From contig CAZTBM010000007.1 of NCBI GenBank assembly GCA_964611985.1, positions 6,024-70,023 of the forward strand: a stretch of 64,000 nucleotides of DNA. The letters are read 5' to 3'. Below are positions 49,033 through 59,291 of this stretch, piece by piece (the first letter of the stretch is position 1; every line of letters begins with the position of its first letter). The notes beneath the pieces are model-generated. The model was given only the letters and a program-made list of their open reading frames with translations. It made no database searches and was not told where the DNA came from. The translations under genes were made by a program, and so were the position numbers. The stretch is from an uncultured Desulfurococcales archaeon. Its GTDB lineage: Archaea; Thermoproteota; Thermoprotei_A; CAZTBM01; SZUA-1508.

Positions 49033-50916
49033 TTATTTAGTAAATCTTTCAAGGTCTTTAGCTATTTCCTTTAACCCTAACTCTTCAAGTTTCTCTTTTG
49101 TTGGGATTCCCTCTTCATTCCACCCTCTAAGCTTATAGTACTCTTTTAGTAAAGGTTCAAGTTTAGCTGCGTGACCTTTAGCTCCACCCTCTTTTAACGG
49201 TGTTAGTAATCTTCTAGGTAGAGTGTCGTCTTTTTTCCTAATACTACATTTTACGTTAAATGCCCTCTTAACGTTAAATATTCGCTCACCTATCTCTAAC
49301 AGTTTTTGTATTGTAATATCCCAACCTGTTGTGTATTTTAGAGCTTTCACTATGTCTGTTGGTGTTACCCCTGCAAACATTGAGAATTTGCATATCACTA
49401 ATGAGTCAAATACTCCAGTATAGTCTTGCATAGTCTTAACTATGTATGGTTTATGTTCAGGCGAAAATCTGTCAAGACTTTTAACAAATTCTTCAGTAAA
49501 ACCTAGATCAGATATTACAAGTCCTCTCTCAATAGTATAAGCTAAGGCTAAATGGCAGGCACCACGATGCATGGTAGCATACTGTAATGCTAAGCCAACC
49601 CACGCTCTAGGATCATGCATTGGTACTTCTAATCCTTTAACATGAATCGCGTATTCTTCACTACCCTTTATGATTTTCGATGCTTTAGCTACTCCTTGCC
49701 CTAGTATTTTGCCTATTCCTTTATTCTCACAAATAAGCTCTATTAGTTTTATTATCGCATCAGCATTACCCCATTCGAGTTTCAGACCTTCTGTATCTTT
49801 GTTTCTTATCAATCCTTTTTCATAGCATTCTATGGCATACGCTATGGCTCCCCCGACGGATATAGTGTCAATGCCGTAGCGTGTACATAGATCATTAGCT
49901 TTAGCTATAGCCTCAATATCAGCAAGTAAACATAGTGCACCTATTGACGCACATGTCTCATACTCTGGTCCATGACCTTTTATACCAGCATAAGGACCTT
50001 TTGTTACCTCGATATATCTTCCACAGGCTATCGGGCAATTATAGCAGGCTACGGGCTTTTTCAATATCCTCTTTGCCATCTCTTCTCCAGAGATTTTCTC
50101 TATGTCATCCCATACCCCTTTAGTCCAATTCTTAATGGGGACATCTCCAAACTTGTAGCCTACGAGCATGTAGCCGTCTGTACCATACTTTCGAGCTGTT
50201 TGGGCATATAACGATTTCGTTATTTTCATTATAACTCCTTTACAGAATTCAACAAGCCTATCTTTATCATTATATGTTATCTCTTTTGAGCCTCTTACAG
50301 CTATAGCTTTAAGGTTTTTAGAGCCCATTACAGCCCCTAGGCCTGTCCTTCCAGCGGCTCTACCACCATCACATATAATACATGACATTGGTACTAGATT
50401 CTCGCCAGCCTTACCTATGCAAGCCACTTTTATCTGAGGATCCCCGTGATCTCTACGAATTATCTCTTCGGTTTCAATAGTGTCCTTACCCCATAAGTGA
50501 TCTGCCTTATGGATGCTGACTTCACCATCAAATATCGTCACATAGACAGGTTCCTCCGCCTTGCCTATGAAAATTATCCCATCATAGCCCGCAAACTTTA
50601 ATTCCGCGCCCCAAAATCCACCTGCGTTTGCTTCACCATAAATTCCGGTAAGAGGTGACTTAGCTACGACACTATATCTGCCAGAGGTTGGAAATGGTGA
50701 CCCTGTGAGAGGCCCTGTCATGAATATTAGTGGATTTCGTGGATCTAATGGGTCAATTTTCTCCGGCTCCTGTAGTATATCGTAAAGTATCTTTGAGGCT
50801 AAGCCACTTCCACCTAGGAACATTTTTAATACAGACTCATGGGGTTCTATGGTTTTTGTAGTTCTTTCTGACAGGTTAATCAGAAGAATTCTACCTGTGT
50901 AACCACCCACTCCCAT
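49033..50916 (-). CDS. aor: Tungsten-containing aldehyde:ferredoxin oxidoreductase family protein
   Basis: KSPLTG, GRTGLGAVMGSKNLKAI, CYNCPIAC, GPEYET, GIDTIS, HDPR, RGACH and YYKLRGW motifs. Confidence 0.93.
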   Translation of the reverse strand: MGVGGYTGRILLINLSERTTKTIEPHESVLKMFLGGSGLASKILYDILQEPEKIDPLDPRNPLIFMTGPLTGSPFPTSGRYSVVAKSPLTGIYGEANAGGFWGAELKFAGYDGIIFIGKAEEPVYVTIFDGEVSIHKADHLWGKDTIETEEIIRRDHGDPQIKVACIGKAGENLVPMSCIICDGGRAAGRTGLGAVMGSKNLKAIAVRGSKEITYNDKDRLVEFCKGVIMKITKSLYAQTARKYGTDGYMLVGYKFGDVPIKNWTKGVWDDIEKISGEEMAKRILKKPVACYNCPIACGRYIEVTKGPYAGIKGHGPEYETCASIGALCLLADIEAIAKANDLCTRYGIDTISVGGAIAYAIECYEKGLIRNKDTEGLKLEWGNADAIIKLIELICENKGIGKILGQGVAKASKIIKGSEEYAIHVKGLEVPMHDPRAWVGLALQYATMHRGACHLALAYTIERGLVISDLGFTEEFVKSLDRFSPEHKPYIVKTMQDYTGVFDSLVICKFSMFAGVTPTDIVKALKYTTGWDITIQKLLEIGERIFNVKRAFNVKCSIRKKDDTLPRRLLTPLKEGGAKGHAAKLEPLLKEYYKLRGWNEEGIPTKEKLEELGLKEIAKDLERFTK

Positions 50917-51159
50917 TACTAGGACTCCCTAAACTATAAAGTTAGGTCCAATATAAAAGCTATATGACCATAAATTTACTCCTCCTAAGAAGTAACCCTC
51001 TACGTATTATAGAATAAAATCTTCTACAATTGTGGAATGCCAAAATATGGGGTGATAATTTATAATTCTATATTTCAATCGCCAAAAGACGAAAAAACTT
51101 TATTCGAGAATCCCCACATACTTTACGGCTTATCACCCTGTGGGTGGAGGAGCTTCCTA

Positions 51160-52383
51160 GTGTCCTCATTACCTAGTTTACACTCATTCTTCAAAGTTTA
51201 TAGATGGTCTACAGCAAGAGAAATAATTATTGGTATAAGGTCCATAAAGAAAATTCCAGAGAAAGTAAAATACTATAATGCTAAAAGGATACTAGTTATC
51301 TGTGGTCCAACAATTAGAAAGATAGGTTTAGTAGATAAAGTAATAGAGCAAATAAAAACGTTAAACGTCGAGTTCGAGGTATTCGATAAAGTTGAACCCG
51401 AGCCTCATATAGAAACTGCTGAAGAACTAAAAGACATAGTAAGAGAGGGCAAGTTTAACTTAGTCATTGGTGTAGGCGGTGGTAGTGTACTTGATGTAAG
51501 TAAGATAACAGCTCTCATGGCAACCAATTCGGGTAATGTAGAAGATTATATCGGAATGTATAAGATTAAGAAGCCAGGTATACCAAAAATACTTATACCT
51601 ACAACAGCTGGTACAGGCTCTGAAGTAACGGAGGCCATTGTTTTAAAAGGTAAAATTTCAAGTACTAAAGCCGTAATATATAGTGAGTACGCTCCAGCTG
51701 AAGTAGCTATACTAGATCCCGAGATGACCCTCCCTGCTCCACCTAAAGTTACAGCAGCTACAGGTATGGATGCTCTAAGCCATGCAATAGAGTCCTACAT
51801 GTCAATCGATTCAACACCATTTTCTGAAGCTTTTGCTGAGAAAGCTATAAGTCTCATAGCTGACAACTTAAGAAAAGCCGTATTCCAGGGACAGAACATT
51901 ATAGCACGATACAACATGTTATTAGCGTCTACATTAGCCTCAATGGCATGGAGTCAGTCTAGTGTATGCCAGGGGCATGCTATAGGATTAGCCATCGGCA
52001 CAAAATATAATCTACCTCACGGCGTCTCCGTGGCATTAGCATTACCTTATGTGATGTGGTTTAATAGAGTTGCTATTCCTGAAAGACTAGCTTACATTGC
52101 TATGCTGATGGGCGTGGATGTTAGTGGTCTAACTCCTTATGAAGCCTCCTTTAAAGCTATAGAAGCGGTTTTAAACCTCGAAAATGATATAGGTTTACCT
52201 ACAAAACTCAAAGATATACCAAGTGCTAAAAGGGATGACATTCCGGAGTTAGCAGAAGGAGCATATAAGGCACAACGACTACTCATACACAGCCCCAGAA
52301 TAACGACTAAGAAGGACTTAGAGACAATAATCAATATGATGTATGAAGGGGATCTTAGCCGAAAAGTATCAAAAACATGTTAG
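51160..52383 (+). CDS. Iron-containing alcohol dehydrogenase
   Basis: GGGSVLD, PTTAGTGSEVT, DALSHAIES, GHA and LPHG metal ligands. Probable GTG start at 51160 after GGAGG. Confidence 0.92.
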   Translation: MSSLPSLHSFFKVYRWSTAREIIIGIRSIKKIPEKVKYYNAKRILVICGPTIRKIGLVDKVIEQIKTLNVEFEVFDKVEPEPHIETAEELKDIVREGKFNLVIGVGGGSVLDVSKITALMATNSGNVEDYIGMYKIKKPGIPKILIPTTAGTGSEVTEAIVLKGKISSTKAVIYSEYAPAEVAILDPEMTLPAPPKVTAATGMDALSHAIESYMSIDSTPFSEAFAEKAISLIADNLRKAVFQGQNIIARYNMLLASTLASMAWSQSSVCQGHAIGLAIGTKYNLPHGVSVALALPYVMWFNRVAIPERLAYIAMLMGVDVSGLTPYEASFKAIEAVLNLENDIGLPTKLKDIPSAKRDDIPELAEGAYKAQRLLIHSPRITTKKDLETIINMMYEGDLSRKVSKTC

Positions 52384-52501
52384 CATATCGTCGTGAGAAG
52401 CCGTAGTTCCCTGACATAATAAATTGTAATTATTATGTTCTACTCTTAATTAAATGAATTCAAATAGAAGGAAATCACATGCTTTACCTGGTGATGTGGA
52501 A

Positions 52502-53710
52502 TTGAAGAACGTTAAAGGTCCTTTAGATGGAGTTAAGGTTTTAGACCTTACTAGAGTACTCGCTGGACCATTCTGTACTATGATATTAGCTGATCTAGGA
52601 GCCGAAGTAATCAAGATTGAAAGACCAGGTGTAGGTGATGATTCTAGATATTTCACACCTTTCATTAAAGGTCAAAGCGCCTACTTCATAAATATCAATA
52701 GAGGGAAGAAGAGCATAGTTATTAATCTTAAACATCCTAAGGGGAAGAAATTATTCCTTGAATTAGTGAAGAAGGCCGATGTTGTAGTTGAAAACTTTAG
52801 ACCTGGTACTATGGAGAGGTTAGGATTAGATTATGAGGTACTAAAGAAAGTTAATCCGCGTATAATTTATGCCTCAATTTCAGGCTTTGGACAGTATGGT
52901 CCATACAGGGATAGGCCAGCATATGATCTTATAGCACAAGCTATGGGAGGAATAATGAGTATAACTGGTTGGCCCGAAACACCACCTACTAGAGTAGGTA
53001 CAGCCATAGCTGACATTCTTGCCGGACTATATTGCTGTATAGCGATACTTGCTGCCCTAAGAGCTAGGGAAATAACTGGTTTAGGACAGAGAATAGATAT
53101 CGCAATGGTTGACTCGGTTATGGCATCTTGCGAAGCATATAATGAAATGTGGCTTGTTGAAAAAAGGATACCAACAAGGATAGGTAACCGATACGAATTC
53201 ATATATCCCTATGATTCATTTAGAGCAAAAGATGGCTGGGTAGTTATCGGTGTAGGTAATAATGAAATGTGGAAAAGATTCTGCCAGGCTATAGGTAAAC
53301 CTGAACTTATAGATGATGAGAGATTCAACACCAATGAAAAGAGAGTCAAGAACTATAAAGAAGTGAAAAAGATAGTTGAAGAATGGACCTCCAAAAGAAG
53401 TACTAATGAAACACTTAGTACATTGTTAAAGTACGAAATACCATGTGCATCAGTCTACAATATGAAAGATGTTTGCGAAGATGAACACATAGCTAAAGTT
53501 AGAGAAATGGTGGTTGAAATAGACCAACCAGGCGTAGGGAAAGTTAAGATTGTAGGAACGCCAATTAAAACTTACCCCATAGAATGTAAGGTTAGAGGGG
53601 CCGCTCCCTTACTAGGACAACATACCAAAGAAATCCTAAAGGAGTTGTTAGGACTATCAGAAAATGATGTCCAAAGGCTAAAGGATGAAGGTGTAATATA
53701 CTATCCATGA
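52502..53710 (+). CDS. Class III CoA-transferase (CaiB/BaiF family)
   Basis: GPLDGVKVLDL, LADLGAEVIKIE, NRGKKS, ENFRPG, YDLIAQA and APLLGQHT motifs. Probable TTG start at 52502. Confidence 0.95.
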   Translation: MKNVKGPLDGVKVLDLTRVLAGPFCTMILADLGAEVIKIERPGVGDDSRYFTPFIKGQSAYFININRGKKSIVINLKHPKGKKLFLELVKKADVVVENFRPGTMERLGLDYEVLKKVNPRIIYASISGFGQYGPYRDRPAYDLIAQAMGGIMSITGWPETPPTRVGTAIADILAGLYCCIAILAALRAREITGLGQRIDIAMVDSVMASCEAYNEMWLVEKRIPTRIGNRYEFIYPYDSFRAKDGWVVIGVGNNEMWKRFCQAIGKPELIDDERFNTNEKRVKNYKEVKKIVEEWTSKRSTNETLSTLLKYEIPCASVYNMKDVCEDEHIAKVREMVVEIDQPGVGKVKIVGTPIKTYPIECKVRGAAPLLGQHTKEILKELLGLSENDVQRLKDEGVIYYP

Positions 53711-54125
53711 ACATACGGTATATAAACTACCACTATTCAGTGGTAATTAAGCTGGAAATGACTTCAAAAGACTACGTTATATCTTGACTAAGATATCTAT
53801 CTTAAAAGAATTGATAAATCTCTTTAAACAAATATATAAAATTTTCAATCATGAAAAGGATTGATAAACTCAATAATTAACGCTATTTTTAAATTTAGCT
53901 ACTTTATTAATCTGCTAATTTTAATGTGCTATCTAATATTAGACAGGGCTATACAAGGCAATTTGGTCTCCACTACAACTGTTCACATAATGAGTATAAG
54001 TCTGGTAAAAACTTTATGTAATCACTTATTCTTCCTTATTATTTTTGTTATATTTTTCGCTACTAAAAAGTATAAGTAAATTTTAATATATTTGATGGCA
54101 ACTTTATTATCTTGGTGATTTCACT

Positions 54126-55676
54126 GTGACGAATAAGATTGCATTATACGCTATTGTTGGTATTATAATCGGCCTCATTATTGGTGGAGCAATAGGCTAC
54201 ATGGCTGCACCAAAGGCTGCACCAACAACAGTCACTGTAACATCTACTGTTCCTACAACTATAACTAAAACTGTAACAGCTCCCGCAGGTGCAGCTCCTG
54301 CTGTTACAACCACGTTAACAACCACAATAATTAAGACTATAACTAAAACTGCTCCAGCAGCACCAGGTAAGCCTAAGACTATAACAATAGAGATTTGGAC
54401 TATTGGGCCTGATCCACCAAGCGAGTATAGACTAAAGAACTTCTACATAGCTGCAGAAGTGTTGAACTCATGGTTAGAGGCTCTTGGCACTGGTGTGAAA
54501 GTTGAGATTAAGGGAGAGTTTTTCGTAAGGCCTGTAGAGTGGGGTGAATATAAGAACAAGTTCTATCTAGCCGCTAAGGCAGGTAAGGAGCCCCACATTT
54601 ACTTAACAGGACATGAGGACTTAGGGTTCTTAGCAGAGAAAGGCTACATTATCCCATTAGATGATTATGTAAAGAAATACTGGGACGTAGTATACTACGA
54701 TATAATACCAACATTATGGGATGCAGTCAAGTATAAGGGTAAGATATGGGCTATACCGCAAGATACTGAGGCAAGACCATTATACTTCAGAAAGGATGTA
54801 CTAAGAAAGATGGGTTGGAGCGAGGAGGAGATTGAGGCCTTCCCGAAGAAGATTGAGAAGGGAGAGATAACATTATACGATATCTTGAAGATAGCTAAGG
54901 AGGCCGTAGACAAGGGATTAGTAGAGAGAGGATTAGTCCATAGAGTAAAGGAAGGCTATGACTACTTCCAGTTCTACCTAGGCTTCGGCGGTAGACTATG
55001 GGATCCAGAGAAGGGCAAGATGGTATTCACAAAGAGCGCCTGGAAGAAGACCCTACAATGGTTCCATGATGCAGTCTGGAAGTATGGAGTAATAATACCA
55101 ACACAGTTCAGTGGTGACTGGGACAAAGACTTCCATGGCCCATTCACTAAGGGTAAAGCGCTATTCTGCTCCGGTGGTACCTGGCATAAAGGTGAATGGG
55201 TAAGCAAGGGACTACTTACTGAGGAACTATTCAAGAACAATATCGGATTCGCTTTACACCCAGCTGGCGAACCCGGTAAGAAGCCAGTTACACTAAGCCA
55301 CCCACTGGTATACACAATAACTAAGAGAGCAGTTAAGGATGGTGTTGCCGACATAGCCTTCATGTTAATAACCTTAGTAACAGACCCACACCTTAACGCG
55401 ATACATGCAGTTAAGAGCGCTCATCTAGCCATTCTCAACAGCGAAATATTAGATAGCAGATACGCTCAAGACTGGTTCCTACGTGACGTAGCTTATATGC
55501 TAAAGTATACAACATTCATACCAAACCATCCGAAATGGGGCGACTACAGTAGAATAGTCTTCACAGTACTCAAGGCTGTTGAAGGAGACAAGTCATTCAC
55601 ACCAGATAAGGCATTTGACACACTACTAAAAGAGATACAAAGAGCATTAGGCGACGCAGTCATAATAGAAGAGTAA
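54126..55676 (+). CDS. Sugar ABC transporter substrate-binding protein with N-terminal TM anchor and Thr-rich linker
   Basis: N-terminal hydrophobic helix, Thr/Ala/Pro stalk, IPQDTEARPLYFRKD and GGTW motifs; upstream of two permeases. Confidence 0.9.
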   Translation: MTNKIALYAIVGIIIGLIIGGAIGYMAAPKAAPTTVTVTSTVPTTITKTVTAPAGAAPAVTTTLTTTIIKTITKTAPAAPGKPKTITIEIWTIGPDPPSEYRLKNFYIAAEVLNSWLEALGTGVKVEIKGEFFVRPVEWGEYKNKFYLAAKAGKEPHIYLTGHEDLGFLAEKGYIIPLDDYVKKYWDVVYYDIIPTLWDAVKYKGKIWAIPQDTEARPLYFRKDVLRKMGWSEEEIEAFPKKIEKGEITLYDILKIAKEAVDKGLVERGLVHRVKEGYDYFQFYLGFGGRLWDPEKGKMVFTKSAWKKTLQWFHDAVWKYGVIIPTQFSGDWDKDFHGPFTKGKALFCSGGTWHKGEWVSKGLLTEELFKNNIGFALHPAGEPGKKPVTLSHPLVYTITKRAVKDGVADIAFMLITLVTDPHLNAIHAVKSAHLAILNSEILDSRYAQDWFLRDVAYMLKYTTFIPNHPKWGDYSRIVFTVLKAVEGDKSFTPDKAFDTLLKEIQRALGDAVIIEE

Positions 55677-55693
55677 AAAACTAATAATCAAAG

Positions 55694-55710
55694 TTCTTTT
55701 ATCTTTTTTC
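55694..55710 (+). terminator. Oligo-T tract after the binding-protein gene (partial terminator)
   Basis: TTCTTTTATCTTTTTTC about 18 nt after the stop codon. Confidence 0.4.
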
Positions 55711-55771
55711 CATTAAAAATATTAAAATCTTCATTCACAAATTTTTATACAGGGTTCTCTGGGGTGGGCCG

Positions 55772-56695
55772 ATGCAAAGGACACGAAGAACTAAGGTACG
55801 TTTAGGCGCATTATGGGCGTTTCTATTACCAAGCCTTATGCTTATAGGGCTTTTCTTCTTTGTACCTGTGATCTTAACCTTCTTGATAAGCTTAACTGAT
55901 ATGGACTACTCCTTTGAATGGAACTGGGTAGGCCTAGCCAACTATATTAGGATATTAACTGACCCCTGGGTTCCAAAGATTCTTTCCAACACCTTCTTCT
56001 ATGTAAGTGTAACATTAACATGTTTCAACGTAGGTCTAGCCTTAGTACTTGCAATAGCCACAACCCATATAAACGAAAAAGTTGGCGCAACTATACGAGC
56101 CATATGGCTTTTACCTAGAATAACTCCTCCAGCAGTTTATGCACTCTTATGGCTATGGGCAACAAGAAGAGAAGCTAGTAGTCTCTTTAACTGGGTGTTA
56201 GGTCTCTTTGGTTTACCACCTATAAACTGGAAACTCACATACCCATGGCTCATAGTCATACTTGTTAATGGATTTGTAGGAACCAGCTTCGGAATGATCA
56301 TATTCACAGCAGCTTTAAAGAGTATACCTAGTGATATCATTTGGTCAGCCAAAGTTGATGGTGCTAGTACATTCCAAGTAATAAGACATATTGAGTTACC
56401 TCTAATAAAGTGGCCCTTACTCTTCGTTACAGCATACCAGACTCTCTCATTACTCACCAGCTTCGAGTACATACTACTAACAACAGGTGGAGGCCCAGGA
56501 TTCTACACTACTGAAGTATGGGCGCTTTATGCCTACGATCTGGCATTTAGACAGTATGGTGGAACAGCATACTTTGGTTACGGTGCCTCCCTCGCTGTGT
56601 TCCTTGTGATTATTGGAATCATAGCCTCGGTAACCTATCTTAAGGTCTTTAGGTTCCGTGAGTTAATGATCGAACCAAAGATTGAGGTGAAATAA
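55772..56695 (+). CDS. Sugar ABC permease (MalF-like)
   Basis: WVGLANY and the EAA-like loop SAKVDGAS...IELPLIK. Confidence 0.92.
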   Translation: MQRTRRTKVRLGALWAFLLPSLMLIGLFFFVPVILTFLISLTDMDYSFEWNWVGLANYIRILTDPWVPKILSNTFFYVSVTLTCFNVGLALVLAIATTHINEKVGATIRAIWLLPRITPPAVYALLWLWATRREASSLFNWVLGLFGLPPINWKLTYPWLIVILVNGFVGTSFGMIIFTAALKSIPSDIIWSAKVDGASTFQVIRHIELPLIKWPLLFVTAYQTLSLLTSFEYILLTTGGGPGFYTTEVWALYAYDLAFRQYGGTAYFGYGASLAVFLVIIGIIASVTYLKVFRFRELMIEPKIEVK

Positions 56696-56697
56696 CC

Positions 56698-57588
56698 GTG
56701 AGATCTAGAAGTATGAGAACAATAAAAAGTGAGGTAACAGTTAAGCGGAAAATAGGCAGTGCACTAGTTTACATTTTTGTAATAGGCATATCCTCCATAA
56801 TAATACTGCTCTACATACTACTCTTCATGGCCAGCATTAGCCCAGAGCTTGAAGGTATAATACCTAAAAAATTCTCATTATCGGCTTGGCAAAAAGTTTT
56901 AACAGGCGATCTACAGGTTCCCGGAGCAGAGTACCAGTATCCTAACCTCTATCTAGTCATGGGCAACACCCTCATACTAGCATTATCAGTGGCAGGTGCA
57001 GAAGTATTCATATCATCGCTTGCTGCCTATGCTATCTCTAGGTTCAAATTCAGAGGCAGAAGCACCCTTCTAGGATTGATTCTAGTGCTACACTCATTTC
57101 CAGCAATAACATTGCTTATAGCAGTATTCTACATACTAAACATGCTAGGCCTCTATGATACATTAATAGGTGTAATCTTAGTTAGAGTCGCATTCGACTT
57201 ACCATTAGCCATATGGATAATGAAGGGCTTCTTCGATACCGTACCATGGGATCTAGAGATGTCCGCTCTCATAGATGGATGTAACAGAATACAGGCATGG
57301 TGGAAAGTGCTTCTACCAGCTGTTAGAAACGGATTAATGGCAGTACTAATATTCGGATTCCTTAGCGGATGGGGAGAATTCGTATTCGTACTAACATTCA
57401 TATCATCACAGAAATACTGGACACTAAGCATGTTAGTCTACGCCTTTACAAGCGGTGAATACTTCTACGTAGACCCATGTATAACAGCTACTGTGGGAAT
57501 AATCTACATGCTACCTGTAGTAGTGTTCTTCCTGTTCGCACAAAAGTATATACTAAGGATACAAATCGCAGGCAAAGGTATAGCCTAA
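56698..57588 (+). CDS. Sugar ABC permease (MalG-like)
   Basis: AAYAISRFKFRGR, KGFFDTVPWDLEMSALIDG and WGEF motifs. Confidence 0.92.
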   Translation: MRSRSMRTIKSEVTVKRKIGSALVYIFVIGISSIIILLYILLFMASISPELEGIIPKKFSLSAWQKVLTGDLQVPGAEYQYPNLYLVMGNTLILALSVAGAEVFISSLAAYAISRFKFRGRSTLLGLILVLHSFPAITLLIAVFYILNMLGLYDTLIGVILVRVAFDLPLAIWIMKGFFDTVPWDLEMSALIDGCNRIQAWWKVLLPAVRNGLMAVLIFGFLSGWGEFVFVLTFISSQKYWTLSMLVYAFTSGEYFYVDPCITATVGIIYMLPVVVFFLFAQKYILRIQIAGKGIA

Positions 57589-57810
57589 AAACCAAATACT
57601 ATCACTAACACCTTTCTTCAAAACTCAAACAGAGAGCCCCCCTAAGGCTAACAATAGACAGAGCTAAGAACTAGAGATGCTAAGTCTTTACACCTTTATA
57701 GTTCCCTGCCCCCTTCTGATCTAATAATTTTACTAAGAGTGATGTATTATAAGAGAAAAATTTATTATTCTTGAACTACGGAATGGTAGTGGATTGCTGG
57801 GTGGAGCCCT

Positions 57811-59259
57811 ATGGGTGAACGAATTTCTAGAAGAGATTTTCTAAAGGGTCTTGTTGGCGGCCTTATTGTTGGTGGCGTCATTGGTGTTGCTGGTGGTTAT
57901 GTTGCTGCTCCTGGTAAGGAGAAGACTATTACTGCTACTAAGACTGTGACTAGTGAGAAAACTGTTACAAAAACAGTAACAGCAGCAGCACCAGGAGCAA
58001 AAACAGTAACCGAAACCACAACAACCACAGTTACAGCTAAACCTAAACCTAGGGAGATCCCCTCTAAGCCTATTAAGTTAGGCGTTATCACTATACTTAC
58101 TGGACCTGGCGCTATGCTTTTCGATCCTGGGCTTAAAGCTTTACAAATGGAAGTTGAAAAGATTAATGCTCAAGGAGGAATTCTTGGTAGGAAAATAGAA
58201 CTTGTTGTTAAAGATTCAGGTGGTAAACCCGATAAATGTATTGAACATTATAAGAGATTAGTTACCGAAGAACAAGCAGACTTTATAACAGTTGGTGCTA
58301 CAAGTGCTGAGGCTTGCGCATTAGCACCAATAGCAGAAGAATCAAAGGTACTAACAATAATTCAGGAAGGTACTGCGACAAAACTATTCGAAGAAGTTGA
58401 TCCCCATCCCAAGTACGTTTTCAGAATTAACAATTATGATGCATTAGATGCTATAAGCCATGCAATAGCTATACATAAGGCTTGGCCAAAAGCCAAAAAG
58501 TTTGCCGTTATAGGTGCAGACTACGTATGGGGCCATGACGAATGGAATATCATCACCACAGTCCTTAAGAAGCTCGTTCCAGATATGGAGATTGTTGCTG
58601 AAGCATGGCCACCACTCTTTGCTAAGGATTACTCAGCTCATATATCCAAAGTCCTAGCCGCTAAACCTGATGTGGTAGAGTTATGTCTATGGGGTGGAGA
58701 CTTAGTAACATGTATAAAGCAGGGTATAGGCTATGGACTCTTCAAGCAATGTAAAGTAGCATCAGTAACTGGTGGAGAATACGTCTGGGGCCTAGGTACA
58801 GAATGTCCTGAAGGAATACTATGTAGTACAAGATACTACTTCCTATACCCACCATGGGATAGATGGCACATAAACAAAGAGTTTAACGAAGAATTCCATA
58901 AGAGATACCCAGACTCACACGGAGGATATCCAGGATTCAACTGTAACTCAGCATATACAGCAATACATGCACTTAAACTAGCAATAGAGAAAGCCTATGC
59001 AATAACCGGCGGATGGCCAACAACAGAAGAAATAATAGCCGCAATGGAGAACCTCATGGTACCAACACCTGGAGGCTACAGATACTTTAGGAAAGAAGAC
59101 CACCAGATGCTAGGCTATGCTGTCTCAGGGTTCACAAAGGTATCAAAGGAGTTTGGCTTCGCAATACTAGACCCAGTGTGGGCTGTACCACCAGAAGAGA
59201 TGGCACCACCACCAGGCAAGAAATGGAAAGAATGGGTAGAGTCCTGGAAAATAGAGTAA
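57811..59259 (+). CDS. Branched-chain amino acid-type ABC substrate-binding protein with Tat signal
   Basis: SRRDFLK twin-arginine motif, Thr-rich linker, INAQGGILGRKIELVVKD and DYVWG motifs. Confidence 0.9.
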   Translation: MGERISRRDFLKGLVGGLIVGGVIGVAGGYVAAPGKEKTITATKTVTSEKTVTKTVTAAAPGAKTVTETTTTTVTAKPKPREIPSKPIKLGVITILTGPGAMLFDPGLKALQMEVEKINAQGGILGRKIELVVKDSGGKPDKCIEHYKRLVTEEQADFITVGATSAEACALAPIAEESKVLTIIQEGTATKLFEEVDPHPKYVFRINNYDALDAISHAIAIHKAWPKAKKFAVIGADYVWGHDEWNIITTVLKKLVPDMEIVAEAWPPLFAKDYSAHISKVLAAKPDVVELCLWGGDLVTCIKQGIGYGLFKQCKVASVTGGEYVWGLGTECPEGILCSTRYYFLYPPWDRWHINKEFNEEFHKRYPDSHGGYPGFNCNSAYTAIHALKLAIEKAYAITGGWPTTEEIIAAMENLMVPTPGGYRYFRKEDHQMLGYAVSGFTKVSKEFGFAILDPVWAVPPEEMAPPPGKKWKEWVESWKIE

Positions 59260-59291
59260 TACAGTAGAAAAACCAGTAGGGGTCATACCCA

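Noticed and set aside
52390-52415. GTGAGAA-GCCGTAGTTCC-CTGA half C/D-like motif
   Set aside because: No properly spaced upstream C and D' boxes and no recognisable target.
53711-54125. 72-aa ORF 53861-54079 in an AT-rich gap
   Set aside because: No RBS or motif; more likely the promoter region of the sugar ABC operon.
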